Positions 16,919 through 26,782 of a stretch of 32,000 nt of DNA are shown piece after piece (the stretch's first letter is position 1; the number at the start of each line of letters is the position of its first letter). A program made the position numbers and the translations under genes. The notes below the pieces were generated by a model. It did no database searches and was not told the DNA's origin. It saw only the letters and a list, made by a program, of their open reading frames with translations. The DNA comes from an uncultured bacterium (GTDB lineage Bacteria; GCA-001730085). The DNA is taken from contig CAZMGY010000025.1 in the NCBI GenBank assembly GCA_964565945.1, positions 4,315 through 36,314 on the forward strand. Reading direction: 5' to 3'.

Positions 16919-18820
16919 TTATTTTTCATCATCGACAACTTCGGCATCAACCACATCGTCATTGTTTTTCGACTCCGACCCAGCTTGCTTAGAACCAGAT
17001 TGATCTTGCTCAGCCGAAGCTGCTTTATAAGCCTCTTCCGCTAATTTGTGAGCCGCTTGGGCCAAGTTTTCTTGAAGTTTTTTGATCTCTTCTAAATTAT
17101 CCGACTCAATCGCCTTACGCAAAGAAGCAATGCCTTCTTCAATATTTTTCTTCTCATCGTCACCAACCTTATCCCCATATTCTTTGAGGGACTTCTCAGT
17201 GCTGTAAACAAAATTCTCAGCTTCATTTTTGGCATCAATCAGCTCACGTTTTTCCTTATCAGCATCAGCATTGGCTTCGGCATCTTTAACCATACGATCA
17301 ATCTCATCTTCACTGATTCCACTGGAGGATTCAATGCGAATCTTTTGCTCTTTGCCAGTAGAGGTATCTTTGGCAGACACATGCACAATCCCGTTAGCAT
17401 CAATATCAAAGGCCACTTCAATCTGAGGAACACCCCGTGGTGCAGGTGGAATATCGGTCAAATCAAACTTGCCTAAAATTCGATTATCACGAGCCATTTC
17501 ACGCTCACCTTGCAAAACAACAATGCTCACAGCCGTTTGATTATCAGCAGCAGTTGAAAACACCTGGCTTTTCTTGGTCGGAATCGTGGTGTTGCGTTCA
17601 ATTAATTTGGTAGAAACATCGCCCAAAGTTTCAATACCTAAAGACAATGGTGTAACGTCCAATAGAACAACATCATCGACATCTCCCGCCAAAACGCCCC
17701 CCTGAATAGCCGCACCAAGAGCCACCACTTCGTCAGGGTTCACGCCTCTATGAGGCTCTTTGCCAAACAATTCTTGAGCAACCTTTTGAACGGCAGGCAT
17801 CCGTGTCATACCTCCCACAAGAATCACTTCGTCAATTTCACTGGTCGACAAACCAGCATCTTTCAAAGCATTCAAGCAAGGGGTTTTAAGACGAGTTAAC
17901 AATTCAGCAACCAAGTTCTCGTATTGGCTACGCGAAAGAGTTAAATTCAAGTGTTTAGGTCCTGCTTGATCGGCCGTAATAAACGGCAGATTGACTTCCG
18001 TTTGAGTAGTCGAAGAAAGTTCAATCTTCGCTTTTTCAGCAGCTTCTTTCAAACGTTGCAAGGCCATCTGATCTTGACGCAAATCGATTCCTTGCTCTTT
18101 TTGGAACTCAGACGCCAACCAGCCAATAATCACTTGATCAAAGTCATCACCACCCAAGTGCGTATCTCCATTGGTGGCTTTCACTTCGAAAACACCGTCA
18201 CCAATCTCGAGAATAGAAACATCAAAAGTTCCCCCACCAAGGTCGAACACAGCAATTTTTTCGTCACTTTTTTTGTCCAAACCATAAGCTAAAGAAGCAG
18301 CAGTTGGTTCATTGATAATTCTTAATACATCCAAACCCGCAATCTTGCCAGCATCTTTGGTGGCTTGACGTTGACTATCATTAAAATAAGCAGGAACGGT
18401 AATCACGGCTTGCGTCACTTCTTGGCCTAAATAATCTTCGGCTGTTTGTTTAAGCTTCTGCAAAATCATGGCCGAAATCTCTGGTGGCGCATAACTTTTA
18501 TCACCGGCTGTGATTTCAACACTACCTGCAGAACTCGTGCCAACTTTGTAAGGTACCAACTTTTCTTCTGCACGCACTTCATCATGCTTACGTCCCATAA
18601 AACGCTTCGCCGAGAAAATAGTATTCGCAGGATTTGTCACGGACTGACGCTTCGCAGGTTGTCCCACTAACTTTTCTCCCGATTTGGAGAAAGCCACAAT
18701 CGAAGGCGTTGTGCGACCACCTTCGGCATTAGGGATCACAATAGCTTCTCCAGCTTCCATAATTGCAACCACAGAATTCGTAGTTCCTAAGTCAATTCCT
18801 ATCACTTTTCCTTTAGCCAT
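16919..18820 (-). CDS. dnaK: Molecular chaperone DnaK (Hsp70)
   Basis: [41 protein letters not shown]; full-length at 633 aa. Confidence 0.97.
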   Translation of the reverse strand: MAKGKVIGIDLGTTNSVVAIMEAGEAIVIPNAEGGRTTPSIVAFSKSGEKLVGQPAKRQSVTNPANTIFSAKRFMGRKHDEVRAEEKLVPYKVGTSSAGSVEITAGDKSYAPPEISAMILQKLKQTAEDYLGQEVTQAVITVPAYFNDSQRQATKDAGKIAGLDVLRIINEPTAASLAYGLDKKSDEKIAVFDLGGGTFDVSILEIGDGVFEVKATNGDTHLGGDDFDQVIIGWLASEFQKEQGIDLRQDQMALQRLKEAAEKAKIELSSTTQTEVNLPFITADQAGPKHLNLTLSRSQYENLVAELLTRLKTPCLNALKDAGLSTSEIDEVILVGGMTRMPAVQKVAQELFGKEPHRGVNPDEVVALGAAIQGGVLAGDVDDVVLLDVTPLSLGIETLGDVSTKLIERNTTIPTKKSQVFSTAADNQTAVSIVVLQGEREMARDNRILGKFDLTDIPPAPRGVPQIEVAFDIDANGIVHVSAKDTSTGKEQKIRIESSSGISEDEIDRMVKDAEANADADKEKRELIDAKNEAENFVYSTEKSLKEYGDKVGDDEKKNIEEGIASLRKAIESDNLEEIKKLQENLAQAAHKLAEEAYKAASAEQDQSGSKQAGSESKNNDDVVDAEVVDDEK

Positions 18821-19353
18821 TATTCACCTCCTTCATTCGAATCATTATTCATGTGCTTAGCCACTTTCACTTTGGCAAAGCGAATCACTTTGCCGTGCAA
18901 CTGATAACCACTTTGCAACTCTTCCAAAATGGTATTATCATCCACATCTTTCGCATCGTCTTCATATGTTACTGCTTCATGCAAGTTGGGATCAAACGTC
19001 TCACCTTGAACAAGCATTTTTTTAACACCTTTATCGCAAAGTACATCCAAAAGCTGTTTTTGCACCAGCACAATACCTTGCATCATCGTTGTCACATCTG
19101 TTGTCGAGTGCGCACTAGCCATAGCTCGATCAAAGTTGTCCAAAACATCCAACAAACGAACAATCAAATCTTCCGACCCATAGCGCAAAAGATCCGATCT
19201 TTCTTTAATGAGTCTTTTACGAAAATTATCAAAATCTGCTTGCAAACGTAAGTGCTTGTCTTGGCATTCCAACAATTGATCTTCCACAGATGGTTCCTCA
19301 ACAGACGACTCAGCAACTTCCTCTTGCACCCGTTCCTTTTTTTCTTCTGCCAT
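18820..19353 (-). CDS. grpE: Nucleotide exchange factor GrpE
   Basis: [22 protein letters not shown] and the C-terminal beta domain. Its stop overlaps the dnaK ATG (TAATG). Confidence 0.9.
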   Translation of the reverse strand: MAEEKKERVQEEVAESSVEEPSVEDQLLECQDKHLRLQADFDNFRKRLIKERSDLLRYGSEDLIVRLLDVLDNFDRAMASAHSTTDVTTMMQGIVLVQKQLLDVLCDKGVKKMLVQGETFDPNLHEAVTYEDDAKDVDDNTILEELQSGYQLHGKVIRFAKVKVAKHMNNDSNEGGE

Positions 19354-19371
19354 TCCTACAATCTCCTCAAT

Positions 19372-20379
19372 TTAGTAATCTGCATCAGCCCACGCCAAAG
19401 CGCGACTCACCGAATCAGCGACACCTTCCACATGGGCAATCACTCGATCATAACGCATCCTTTTAGGTCCAATCACACCCAAGCTTCCACTTCCTCTTTG
19501 ATCCGATCCATAATTCGCTGTCACAATGCTATAGTCATCAAAACCAGGACCCTGCTCACCGATATAAATATTCACTTTATCACGCCTTAGGCTATCACGA
19601 AGAAGCCTTAACAATTCTGTTTTCTCATCCAACATACGAATAAAATTCGACAAAATATGGTAGTGACAAAATTCTGGGTATTTGGTCAAATTTTCCCAAC
19701 CTTGAATCACTAAATCTTCCGATACATGAAAAATATCCAATTTGACCAACTCATCCGTTAAGGCTTGTGTCGCCAAATCAGCCATAGCATCCAAAGTTTC
19801 TCCGCGTAAACGATACATAAGCAAGTTAGCCAAACTTGCAAGATCTTGATCGCTTTCGGGAAACGCCAACTTAACAATTTTTTGCCGCACCATTCCGTTG
19901 CTAAACAAAACAATCACCATCACCCGACGCTGATCTATGCGCACCATTTTTACTCGCTGAATATTATCCTCGTAAAGCAAGGGCATACTTACAATCGCCG
20001 TACACTCGTTTGAACTCGCTAAAGCTCGTGCCGCTTGATTCATCACCGATTCGACTTCTCTTTTCTTAAAAAAATATTTTCTGTCTATCCGCTCCTCTTC
20101 CTCACGCGTCATTTTTTTTTCTGGCAGCAAGTACTCCACATAAAAACGATAACCTTCGTCAGTTGGCACACGACCCGAAGAGGTATGTAACTGACGAATA
20201 TATCCTTTTTGTTCAAGACAACTCATAACATTTCTTATTGTTGCCGAACTAAGTCTAACATTAAAACTTTGAACCAAAATACGTGAAGCTACAGGCTCTG
20301 CCGTCATAATGTAAGCCTGTATGATCAAATTTAAAGTATCTTGCTCACGTTGCGTTAAGGACACAAGCACCTTGTTCAC
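19372..20379 (-). CDS. hrcA: Heat-inducible transcription repressor HrcA
   Basis: N-terminal winged helix (LTQREQDTLNLIIQAYIMTAEPVASR), the C-terminal GSLGVIGPKRMRYDRVI motif, and position upstream of grpE-dnaK-dnaJ. The start may be the GTG at 20370 rather than 20379, which gives better SD spacing. Confidence 0.9.
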   Translation of the reverse strand: MNKVLVSLTQREQDTLNLIIQAYIMTAEPVASRILVQSFNVRLSSATIRNVMSCLEQKGYIRQLHTSSGRVPTDEGYRFYVEYLLPEKKMTREEEERIDRKYFFKKREVESVMNQAARALASSNECTAIVSMPLLYEDNIQRVKMVRIDQRRVMVIVLFSNGMVRQKIVKLAFPESDQDLASLANLLMYRLRGETLDAMADLATQALTDELVKLDIFHVSEDLVIQGWENLTKYPEFCHYHILSNFIRMLDEKTELLRLLRDSLRRDKVNIYIGEQGPGFDDYSIVTANYGSDQRGSGSLGVIGPKRMRYDRVIAHVEGVADSVSRALAWADADY

Positions 20380-20399
20380 CTCTTTAATGCATTTTCAAT

Positions 20400-20426
20400 C
20401 TAGCACTCATGTCAATAGAGTGCTAG
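20400..20426 (-). promoter_or_regulatory. CIRCE operator (HrcA binding site)
   Basis: CTAGCACTC-ATGTCAATA-GAGTGCTAG compared with the consensus TTAGCACTC-N9-GAGTGCTAA. It is a perfect 9-bp inverted repeat with a 9-nt spacer, about 20 nt upstream of hrcA. Confidence 0.9.
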
Positions 20427-20431
20427 ATTAC

Positions 20432-20460
20432 ATCTTAGCACCCTCCTTCAAGGAGATCAA
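20432..20460 (-). promoter_or_regulatory. Candidate sigma-70 promoter of the hrcA operon (TTGATC-N17-TAAGAT)
   Basis: The minus strand carries TTGATC, a 17-nt spacer and TAAGAT. CIRCE begins 5 nt downstream of the -10 element, the usual CIRCE-over-TSS arrangement. Confidence 0.4.
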
Positions 20461-20470
20461 GATTTTTCTT

Positions 20471-21073
20471 TTAAAATCCCCAAAAATGTAAAAATGTGTG
20501 GACGCCTGTTTGGATCCACTTACCTACAAACCCAAAGTAAAACAAGGCCAAAACAATCACAAATCCATAGGGTTCAAGGCGTGCATAAGCCATTGCCTGT
20601 TTACGTGGCAAAAGGCCAGAAACAACCCTCGACCCATCTAAAGGCGGAATTGGAATCATATTAAGCATCGCCAGGGCTAGGTTCATCAGAATAAAAAACG
20701 TACACACCTCAACCTTCAATCCCTGTTGCCCCAGGGCACCAGTTTTCAGCAAGAATACCCCTAGAAGAGCCAAAATAATATTAGACAGAGGCCCCGCGAG
20801 AGCAACCCAAATCATATCGGTTTTGGGCTTCTTAAGTCTCCAGGGATTCACAGGCACTGGCTTGGCCCAACCAAACGGAACTCCAATAGTGAAGGCCAAA
20901 ACCAAAGGTACCACCACCATTCCCATAAGATCCACATGAGCCACGGGATTAAGCGTTAAACGACCCTGCTCTCTTGCCGTCTGGTCACCTCTTAAGAAAG
21001 CCACCCAACCGTGGGCAAATTCATGCACAGTCACCGAAACAAGCAAGAGCGGTATAATAATCAAAAATGACAT
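20471..21073 (-). CDS. Site-2 protease family (peptidase M50) membrane metalloprotease
   Basis: HEFAHGWVA (HExxH) lies in the first TM region. The protein is polytopic and hydrophobic, and NMIPIPPLDGSRV is the second conserved M50 motif. Confidence 0.75.
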   Translation of the reverse strand: MSFLIIIPLLLVSVTVHEFAHGWVAFLRGDQTAREQGRLTLNPVAHVDLMGMVVVPLVLAFTIGVPFGWAKPVPVNPWRLKKPKTDMIWVALAGPLSNIILALLGVFLLKTGALGQQGLKVEVCTFFILMNLALAMLNMIPIPPLDGSRVVSGLLPRKQAMAYARLEPYGFVIVLALFYFGFVGKWIQTGVHTFLHFWGF

Positions 21074-21111
21074 CTTATCGGTCTCTCCAATCAGGCCTTA
21101 TCTTAAAAATC

Positions 21112-21819
21112 TTATTTGATGTAAGATTTTTTGGCAGCCCTGGTCTTGGGGTGAAGGGCTTGAGAATCTTTTTTGGTGTAATTAGGAATCACAATAATTT
21201 CGACACGACGGTTTTTCTTGCGCCCTTTGAGCGTAGCATTGCTAACTACAGGATGATGTTCACCATAAGCCGCCAAAGAAAGTAACTTGGGATTAATGCC
21301 TTTAGCCATTAAAAATTCAAGAACTGTTAACGAACGTACCGCAGACAACTCCCAATTGGACGCATACAAAAATTTGGTTCTCTTAATCGGTTCATTATCG
21401 GTATGACCTTCGATGCGTAACTGACGATTCAATTTAAGCAATGTTTGCGAAATTTTTTCGAGCGAAGCATTGCCAGCTTTGGTTAAGTTGGCCTGCCCAG
21501 AACTAAAGAAAACTTGGGATAAAAACTGAATCACAAGTCCACGATCACTCATGGTGACCGAAGCTTCATTTTTTTCAATTTCCTTTTGCAATTTTTGACG
21601 CAACTGTTGCTGAATACTCTTTAAACGCTGAATTTCGATTTCTTTCTTGCGCTGAGCATTGTAAAGTTCCTGGTTCAGCTGCTTCACCTCGCCTTCAAGG
21701 CCTTCGATAATTTTATCTTGAGCCCGAGGCACTATATTCGTGGTCCGAAAAGCCAAACAACCATTGATTGAAAAAAGAGCAAAAACAAAAAATCCGAACT
21801 TAAGCACACCCTTGAACAT
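21112..21819 (-). CDS. OmpA/MotB-family lipoprotein with coiled-coil linker
   Basis: Signal peptide plus lipobox (FSINGC), a Q/K/E-rich coiled coil, and a C-terminal OmpA-like domain (IEGHTDNEPI...SNWELSAVRS...NRRVEIIV). Confidence 0.75.
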   Translation of the reverse strand: MFKGVLKFGFFVFALFSINGCLAFRTTNIVPRAQDKIIEGLEGEVKQLNQELYNAQRKKEIEIQRLKSIQQQLRQKLQKEIEKNEASVTMSDRGLVIQFLSQVFFSSGQANLTKAGNASLEKISQTLLKLNRQLRIEGHTDNEPIKRTKFLYASNWELSAVRSLTVLEFLMAKGINPKLLSLAAYGEHHPVVSNATLKGRKKNRRVEIIVIPNYTKKDSQALHPKTRAAKKSYIK

Positions 21820-21831
21820 GAAAAACGCCTC

Positions 21832-22455
21832 CTAGGTAAAAAGTTTTTTTAATGTTTGTTCCACATAACTTGGTAGGGGCACATTATACAATTGCACTAT
21901 TAAAAGAGCAAGCAAAGCCGAAACGAGCAATAGAGCTATCAACAAAAACCCCGAAGCCCACAAAGGTATTCTGTTTATCACCACATGTTTGACTTTTTGA
22001 GATTCTTGCGCACGCAAAGCATCGGAAAATTCTTCTTTAAAATCATCGAGATTAACCTCCTGCTCCAGTGTAAGATCTCGTGCTTGTTCAAGCAACTCCT
22101 CGCGATTGGGCAGAGTACTTGTCGCATCCACACCTACGGGAGATTCCGCAACTGCTTTATCTCTAGGATTTTCCAATAAATCATCGTCAAAGGACAAATC
22201 AATATCGGGCATAATCACCATATCTTCATCATCTTCTGTCACCTGTGACGAAGCATACTTCTGAACATTCACTAAACAGGAATCAGCTTTGTCTTTAGAT
22301 GGACTTTGAGACACGACAAATGGATGGGAACTTTGTGTCCCCAATAAAGACTCAACTTGCCAAGTAACAGCTTGTTCTTCTGCCACTTGCTTTTGTAAAA
22401 ATTGCCCCTCATCACCCATAGCGCATATTTTATCAGATGACTCACAGTGTTGCAA
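21832..22455 (-). CDS. Hypothetical acidic protein with C-terminal transmembrane anchor
   Basis: 207-aa ORF, D/E-rich, ending in a hydrophobic helix (IPLWASGFLLIALLLVSALLALLIV). No family recognised. The start is uncertain (TTG 22455 or ATG 22419, neither with a clear SD). Confidence 0.4.
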   Translation of the reverse strand: MQHCESSDKICAMGDEGQFLQKQVAEEQAVTWQVESLLGTQSSHPFVVSQSPSKDKADSCLVNVQKYASSQVTEDDEDMVIMPDIDLSFDDDLLENPRDKAVAESPVGVDATSTLPNREELLEQARDLTLEQEVNLDDFKEEFSDALRAQESQKVKHVVINRIPLWASGFLLIALLLVSALLALLIVQLYNVPLPSYVEQTLKKLFT

Positions 22456-22468
22456 AATTTTAACGTAC

Positions 22469-23173
22469 TTAATACTCGGGTAATAGATTCAAGGGGTTAA
22501 CCACCTTACCATGTTTGCGAATTTCGAAGTGTAGAACAGGATGAATCGTATCTCCCGTCTGTCCCAAGCTCGCAATTTTTTGTCCTTGCTTAACAACACC
22601 CCCCTCTTTAACGTAGGTTTGTCCTAAGTGTGCATACACCGTACTATAAGTATCTTGATGATCAATCACCACCAAACGCCCCATACCGCGCAAGGTATCG
22701 TTAAAAGTAACAACTCCCGTCTTAGAAGCAACAACCGCGGACCCAATCTTGGCCCAAATATCCACACCTTTGTTTTTAATACGTCCTTTGTCTTCGCCAA
22801 ATAAAATATCAACACGACCATTTTGAACAGGGCGAAAAAAGACACTTTCAGTCTTCACTTTTTTGTGTGTTTTACGAATTACAGGACGCTGTGCAGTTTT
22901 TTTCTGGTCGACATGTGGGACAAAGACCAATTGTCCCACGCGGAGTTGATTGTAATCCCGAATATGATTGACTCGAGCCAAAGCAACAATATCAACACCG
23001 TAAGTCTTCGAGATTCGCCATAAGGTTTCCCCTCTTTCTACTTCATGATAGACACCTTTGTTAAAATTAACAGATGCTTGAGGAAACTGAGGAATAAACA
23101 AACGACTGGAACGCGCACAGCCTCCCACATAAACACTTAACCCAATCATTGCAATCACAAACACCGATCTCAT
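22469..23173 (-). CDS. LysM-domain M23 peptidoglycan metalloendopeptidase lipoprotein (NlpD-like)
   Basis: Preferred start is ATG 23173 (MRSVFVIAMIGLSVYVGGC, lipobox). LysM (YHEVERGETLWRISKTYGVDIVALARVNHI) and the M23 core (VIDHQDTYSTVYAHL...GQTGDTIHPVLHFEI) are present. Confidence 0.8.
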   Translation of the reverse strand: MRSVFVIAMIGLSVYVGGCARSSRLFIPQFPQASVNFNKGVYHEVERGETLWRISKTYGVDIVALARVNHIRDYNQLRVGQLVFVPHVDQKKTAQRPVIRKTHKKVKTESVFFRPVQNGRVDILFGEDKGRIKNKGVDIWAKIGSAVVASKTGVVTFNDTLRGMGRLVVIDHQDTYSTVYAHLGQTYVKEGGVVKQGQKIASLGQTGDTIHPVLHFEIRKHGKVVNPLNLLPEY

Positions 23174-23186
23174 ACGATGTAAGAGT

Positions 23187-24764
23187 TTAACCACAATTGA
23201 TCCCTTTCCATAAAATCCATGGTCCACCAGAACCCGCTTCAACAGATTCTTTATGATACTTACCACATCCACCCCATTTGTTATAAGGCGTCACAGAAGC
23301 ATCACCGTCATCGTCCACTTTAGACTTTGCCACAATCCCATTCAATAAGGTGGGAACAGGATCTGAAAGCTCAATATGTCCTCCTTTGGGACCCAAAAAC
23401 ACGCGCCCCGTTAATTGCCCTTGCTTAATTTCTTGCAAATACTCCGTTCCAACTGTTAACCCCATTCCTTTAGGGTCTTCCATACCCCCATAAGCATTCT
23501 CGGCCAAAAAGCCATCGTCTACCATGGCAATCAATTCATCCAAAGTTTTATCTCCAGCCGTAAAGTAGGTGTTGGTTTGGCGAGCCATAATCGGATTACG
23601 CCACGACTCCCTCTTGCCATTCGATTGGCGTGGCGACTGGCCATTCACATCACCAACCAGCGAACTTATCAAATCATTCATCGGCGTTTGCAAATACCCT
23701 TTGTCTAAAATGACATGTTCTCGAGCCAACTGACCTTCGTCATCAAAAAAGTGGGATCCATTTTGCCCATAATTCAACTTACCCATACGAAAGACCGCAG
23801 CATTATTCACAATGCTGGCTTGTTCATTTCCAACCGGAGTCCCCTCTTTTTTAAGGTCTGGGGCACAACTACGTCCATAACGGCAGGTATCTCCTTCTTG
23901 GGTATGCCCAAAAGCCTCGTGCGCAATGACTCCTGTCACATCGGGTCCAGTAATCACCTGATAGCGACCTGGCTTCAAGAGCTCAGCGCCCTCAATTTTG
24001 ACAGACATCTTTGCAAGCTGCTCTAAATCTGCATCACTCAACGTTGCTGCTTCAAACCCAGCCATACCTCCCGAAATCTCCCGCACAGTACGTCCTTTGG
24101 GAGAAACAGCATAAGCATAAGCTAGCGATGTTAACAGGGCTTGTGACATATTCTTTTCACGATCGATGAAAATCTTGGTTTTGATTTTCTGCCTCAAAAG
24201 CACCCCCACCATATTCGCACTATCACTGGCCTTATCTTTAAGATAAGTTTTCATGTCACGAGCTTTTTGACTCATCCAAATCAAATCGGTTTCTTCAGGA
24301 TCTATTTCGAAAGGTGTGCCAAAATGAACTTCTGTTTGCGAACTTAAACCTTGAGGCAATTGCTCTTTCATAAGCGGGTCCAATTGAGACAAGTGTTCAT
24401 CAGCCCAAGCTATCGGAACATAATTGATCTGTTCCAACAAAGAAGATCCTTCCACATCTCCAACAAAACGCAAGGTTTCTTCGCGAAACTTTTGAGCCTT
24501 ATGAATCAAATCATTTTGCTCTAATTGATTCGTGGCGCATTCAAAATTGTGGCCACGAATCAACAGACGCATCACAAGTCCACGATCACACTTGACAACA
24601 ACAGAATCGGTCAAGGAAGCACTAACCGACTTTTGCGCCAAATCATCCAGAGTCACAAACACATAACCATCGTGACCTTCTTGCAGGATATCTAAAATAT
24701 GTGGCATAAATTCACGTATACGTTGCAAATGTTTAGGAAATTTAACTTTGTTCATTGCGTTCAC
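23187..24764 (-). CDS. tldD: TldD-family metalloprotease
   Basis: The HEAFGHTQEGD motif (HExxGH...E.D) characteristic of TldD, 525 aa, overlapping a PmbA-like partner gene by 4 nt. Confidence 0.8.
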   Translation of the reverse strand: MNAMNKVKFPKHLQRIREFMPHILDILQEGHDGYVFVTLDDLAQKSVSASLTDSVVVKCDRGLVMRLLIRGHNFECATNQLEQNDLIHKAQKFREETLRFVGDVEGSSLLEQINYVPIAWADEHLSQLDPLMKEQLPQGLSSQTEVHFGTPFEIDPEETDLIWMSQKARDMKTYLKDKASDSANMVGVLLRQKIKTKIFIDREKNMSQALLTSLAYAYAVSPKGRTVREISGGMAGFEAATLSDADLEQLAKMSVKIEGAELLKPGRYQVITGPDVTGVIAHEAFGHTQEGDTCRYGRSCAPDLKKEGTPVGNEQASIVNNAAVFRMGKLNYGQNGSHFFDDEGQLAREHVILDKGYLQTPMNDLISSLVGDVNGQSPRQSNGKRESWRNPIMARQTNTYFTAGDKTLDELIAMVDDGFLAENAYGGMEDPKGMGLTVGTEYLQEIKQGQLTGRVFLGPKGGHIELSDPVPTLLNGIVAKSKVDDDGDASVTPYNKWGGCGKYHKESVEAGSGGPWILWKGINCG

Positions 24765-26131
24765 GCTCCAACAATACTCACACCATTCATAATCAACATC
24801 TTTGAGGGACCATAATATCCCTTACCTTCGTAAAAGCCTGTACCTGGAAAGTTTACGGTGCCCAGCTCTTTAGAAAAATAGCAATGCTTTAAATTTTCAC
24901 GCACTTGTCCCGAGACAACCCCTCCCTTAAACAAAGTAACAGAACCATCCTCGTTATACTGCTTAGCCAGCTTAATCTCACTGCTCCAAGTGAGCTTGTT
25001 ATCGTCCACCAATAGAGATGAAAATTTGATCACTTCAATCACGTTGGGAACTTTATACCTCAAATCATCAACCGAATACTCCCCCGAAGAAAGCACCATG
25101 TTTCCTAAAATACCGTTGGCCTGCTTGCCTAAATATTGTCCAAAACGATTGCCAACGATTTGGGTTTGAATTTGCCCTTCCACAATCACATCCGCTGCTT
25201 GCGCAATCAACCCATCTCCTGTGTAAGGCGAGCTGTCCACCATAGCCGGCAAAAAGGGATCCAATCGCAAATGAAGCGCGTCCCCTTCACTTTCCAGTCG
25301 ATCTCCCTCTTGCAAACAAGGAAATTTGTAATATTCATTGGCACAGTTCAGCTGAGAACGTAAGGCCGCCATAAACGAAGAAATCGCATCTTCGTTCACT
25401 AAAACCACGGCCGACTCGCTTGTGGTCGGCTCCTGGGTTTGCCCCAAAATCAATGTTTCCTCGGCAGTTTTACGAATAAATTCGCTTACCTTCAAATCAT
25501 CATGCGACATAGAAGTGAGCACATTGTTCACTTCTTGGTTTTGATGGTCAGGTGTTTTTTCCATCGCCACTTCAAAATAAATATCCGATAGGTCTTTCCG
25601 CATCTGAACACCCGTGCTTGAAAAACGCTGAACACATGATTTGCAGACATAAAGTTCCGCAGTGGTCACCGCAACACCCTCGAGCCCAACCATCGTTTGT
25701 TTAGCTTCGCGCTCGATGTCTAGCACAACAGCTTGTGGATCTTGCAAAATAGCATCATCAGCCGTCTTAACCCTAGCATAATCTTCTTGAGGAGGTTGGA
25801 CAGGATCCCACATTTTATTAGGATTATTTTGAGCCATCTGAATGGCCAGCGCCAACTGCTCATCCAAAGGAGCATCACAATCCACATCAAGACTAGCTTG
25901 TCCAATCATACCTTCTTGATCGACAGGTACCAAAACCTCTAAGGCATAGGACACTTCGTCCACTTGACGAATTTGGTGCGGACACAAGATAAGCTCTTCG
26001 TCGCTCTGATACAAACGCTGAAAGCTCTCACGAAAAACAGAGCGAATTTCCCACCAAAACAACTGCTCACTCTGCTGCTCCAAATATAAATGTAACTCTT
26101 GAAAAAAACTGGTTTGCATCGACGTCAACAT
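24761..26131 (-). CDS. pmbA: PmbA/TldE-family protein (non-catalytic partner of TldD)
   Basis: About 457 aa, no HExxxH, adjacent and translationally coupled to tldD, with a general TldD/PmbA-fold C-terminal region. Preferred start is ATG 26131 (AAGGGGTG upstream); the track uses GTG 26143. Confidence 0.65.
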   Translation of the reverse strand: MLTSMQTSFFQELHLYLEQQSEQLFWWEIRSVFRESFQRLYQSDEELILCPHQIRQVDEVSYALEVLVPVDQEGMIGQASLDVDCDAPLDEQLALAIQMAQNNPNKMWDPVQPPQEDYARVKTADDAILQDPQAVVLDIEREAKQTMVGLEGVAVTTAELYVCKSCVQRFSSTGVQMRKDLSDIYFEVAMEKTPDHQNQEVNNVLTSMSHDDLKVSEFIRKTAEETLILGQTQEPTTSESAVVLVNEDAISSFMAALRSQLNCANEYYKFPCLQEGDRLESEGDALHLRLDPFLPAMVDSSPYTGDGLIAQAADVIVEGQIQTQIVGNRFGQYLGKQANGILGNMVLSSGEYSVDDLRYKVPNVIEVIKFSSLLVDDNKLTWSSEIKLAKQYNEDGSVTLFKGGVVSGQVRENLKHCYFSKELGTVNFPGTGFYEGKGYYGPSKMLIMNGVSIVGA

Positions 26132-26266
26132 AATGAATTTCACCCCTTTTTCAACACGACAGGGGGCATTATAACATAAGCAAACACTTTGTCATCGCGC
26201 CCGTGGGGAACACAGGCTGTTTCGCTACATCTATCTTAAAAAATATGTTATACTTTATGCTTGTGG

Positions 26267-26702
26267 GGGGGCGACCAGGTTTCGACCGGGGTCATTGTGC
26301 TCCTGGTGGCATGTCGAGGACTCAGGTGGCCTCGTAAAAAACCTGAACTTTGATAGATGCTAAATCATCTGTTGAAAATAAGGGTGTTGCCGTGAACGAT
26401 GCTAACAACGTGATCTCTTTGAACATGTTGAACAACATTCGTCCTATGGCAATGCCCTTCGCTGCGTAATATACGCTGCCGTCTGGTGCATCCTCGCCTA
26501 TAGGGCTGCATAGGGCGTTCGGTTATATAGGCTAGCAAAGCAATTTTATCTGAGGTTGTGGCGCGAAGTTTTATCAGGCTAGTCGTTGTGATAATCCTGT
26601 CTTTCGGAGTACACAAAGGCGAATGTAAAGGAAAGACTAAGCATGTAGGCACCCAGAGTATAAACCTACGGGACGCGAGTTCGATTCTCGCCGCCTCCAC
26701 CA
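26267..26702 (+). ncRNA. ssrA: tmRNA (SsrA), 436 nt, CCA encoded
   Basis: 5' GGGGGCGACCAGGTTTCGACCGGGG pairs with 3' CGCCTCCACCA (including the G3-U pair). The tRNA-like T arm is GCGAGTTCGATTCTCGC. The internal tag frame ends ...PMAMPFAA-TAA (stop at 26467-26469). Track ORFs covering this region on both strands are artefacts. Confidence 0.9.
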
Positions 26703-26707
26703 ATCGA

Positions 26708-26758
26708 AATGCTAGACGAACCCTCGTCCATAAAGAGTTCCGGACTAGCATTTTTTTT
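26708..26758 (+). terminator. Candidate intrinsic terminator of ssrA
   Basis: AAATGCTAG...CTAGCATTT forms an outer stem with inner pairings (TCC/GGA), followed by T8 (26751-26758). The loop is long, so confidence is moderate. Confidence 0.45.
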
Positions 26759-26782
26759 GCCTTTTTTTCAGATCTTCCACCA

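Noticed and set aside
14308-19590. Numerous 60-130 aa plus-strand ORFs antisense to serA, dnaJ, dnaK, grpE and hrcA
   Set aside because: These are shadow ORFs inside strongly supported genes. Their translations are low-complexity with no start-site signals.
20443-20455. CTCCTTCAAGGAG inverted repeat after the M50 protease gene, considered as a terminator or a second CIRCE half-site (TTAGCACC nearby)
   Set aside because: The stem is only 5 bp with a 3-nt loop and no U-tract. The TTAGCACC string lacks a partner half-site. The region is better explained as the spacer of the hrcA promoter.
26775-26782. TTCCACCA shortly after ssrA resembles the tmRNA 3' end CTCCACCA, a possible att remnant
   Set aside because: It is only a 7-nt match and lies on the wrong side of the island (adjacent to ssrA, not at the distal end). 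It is indistinguishable from chance.
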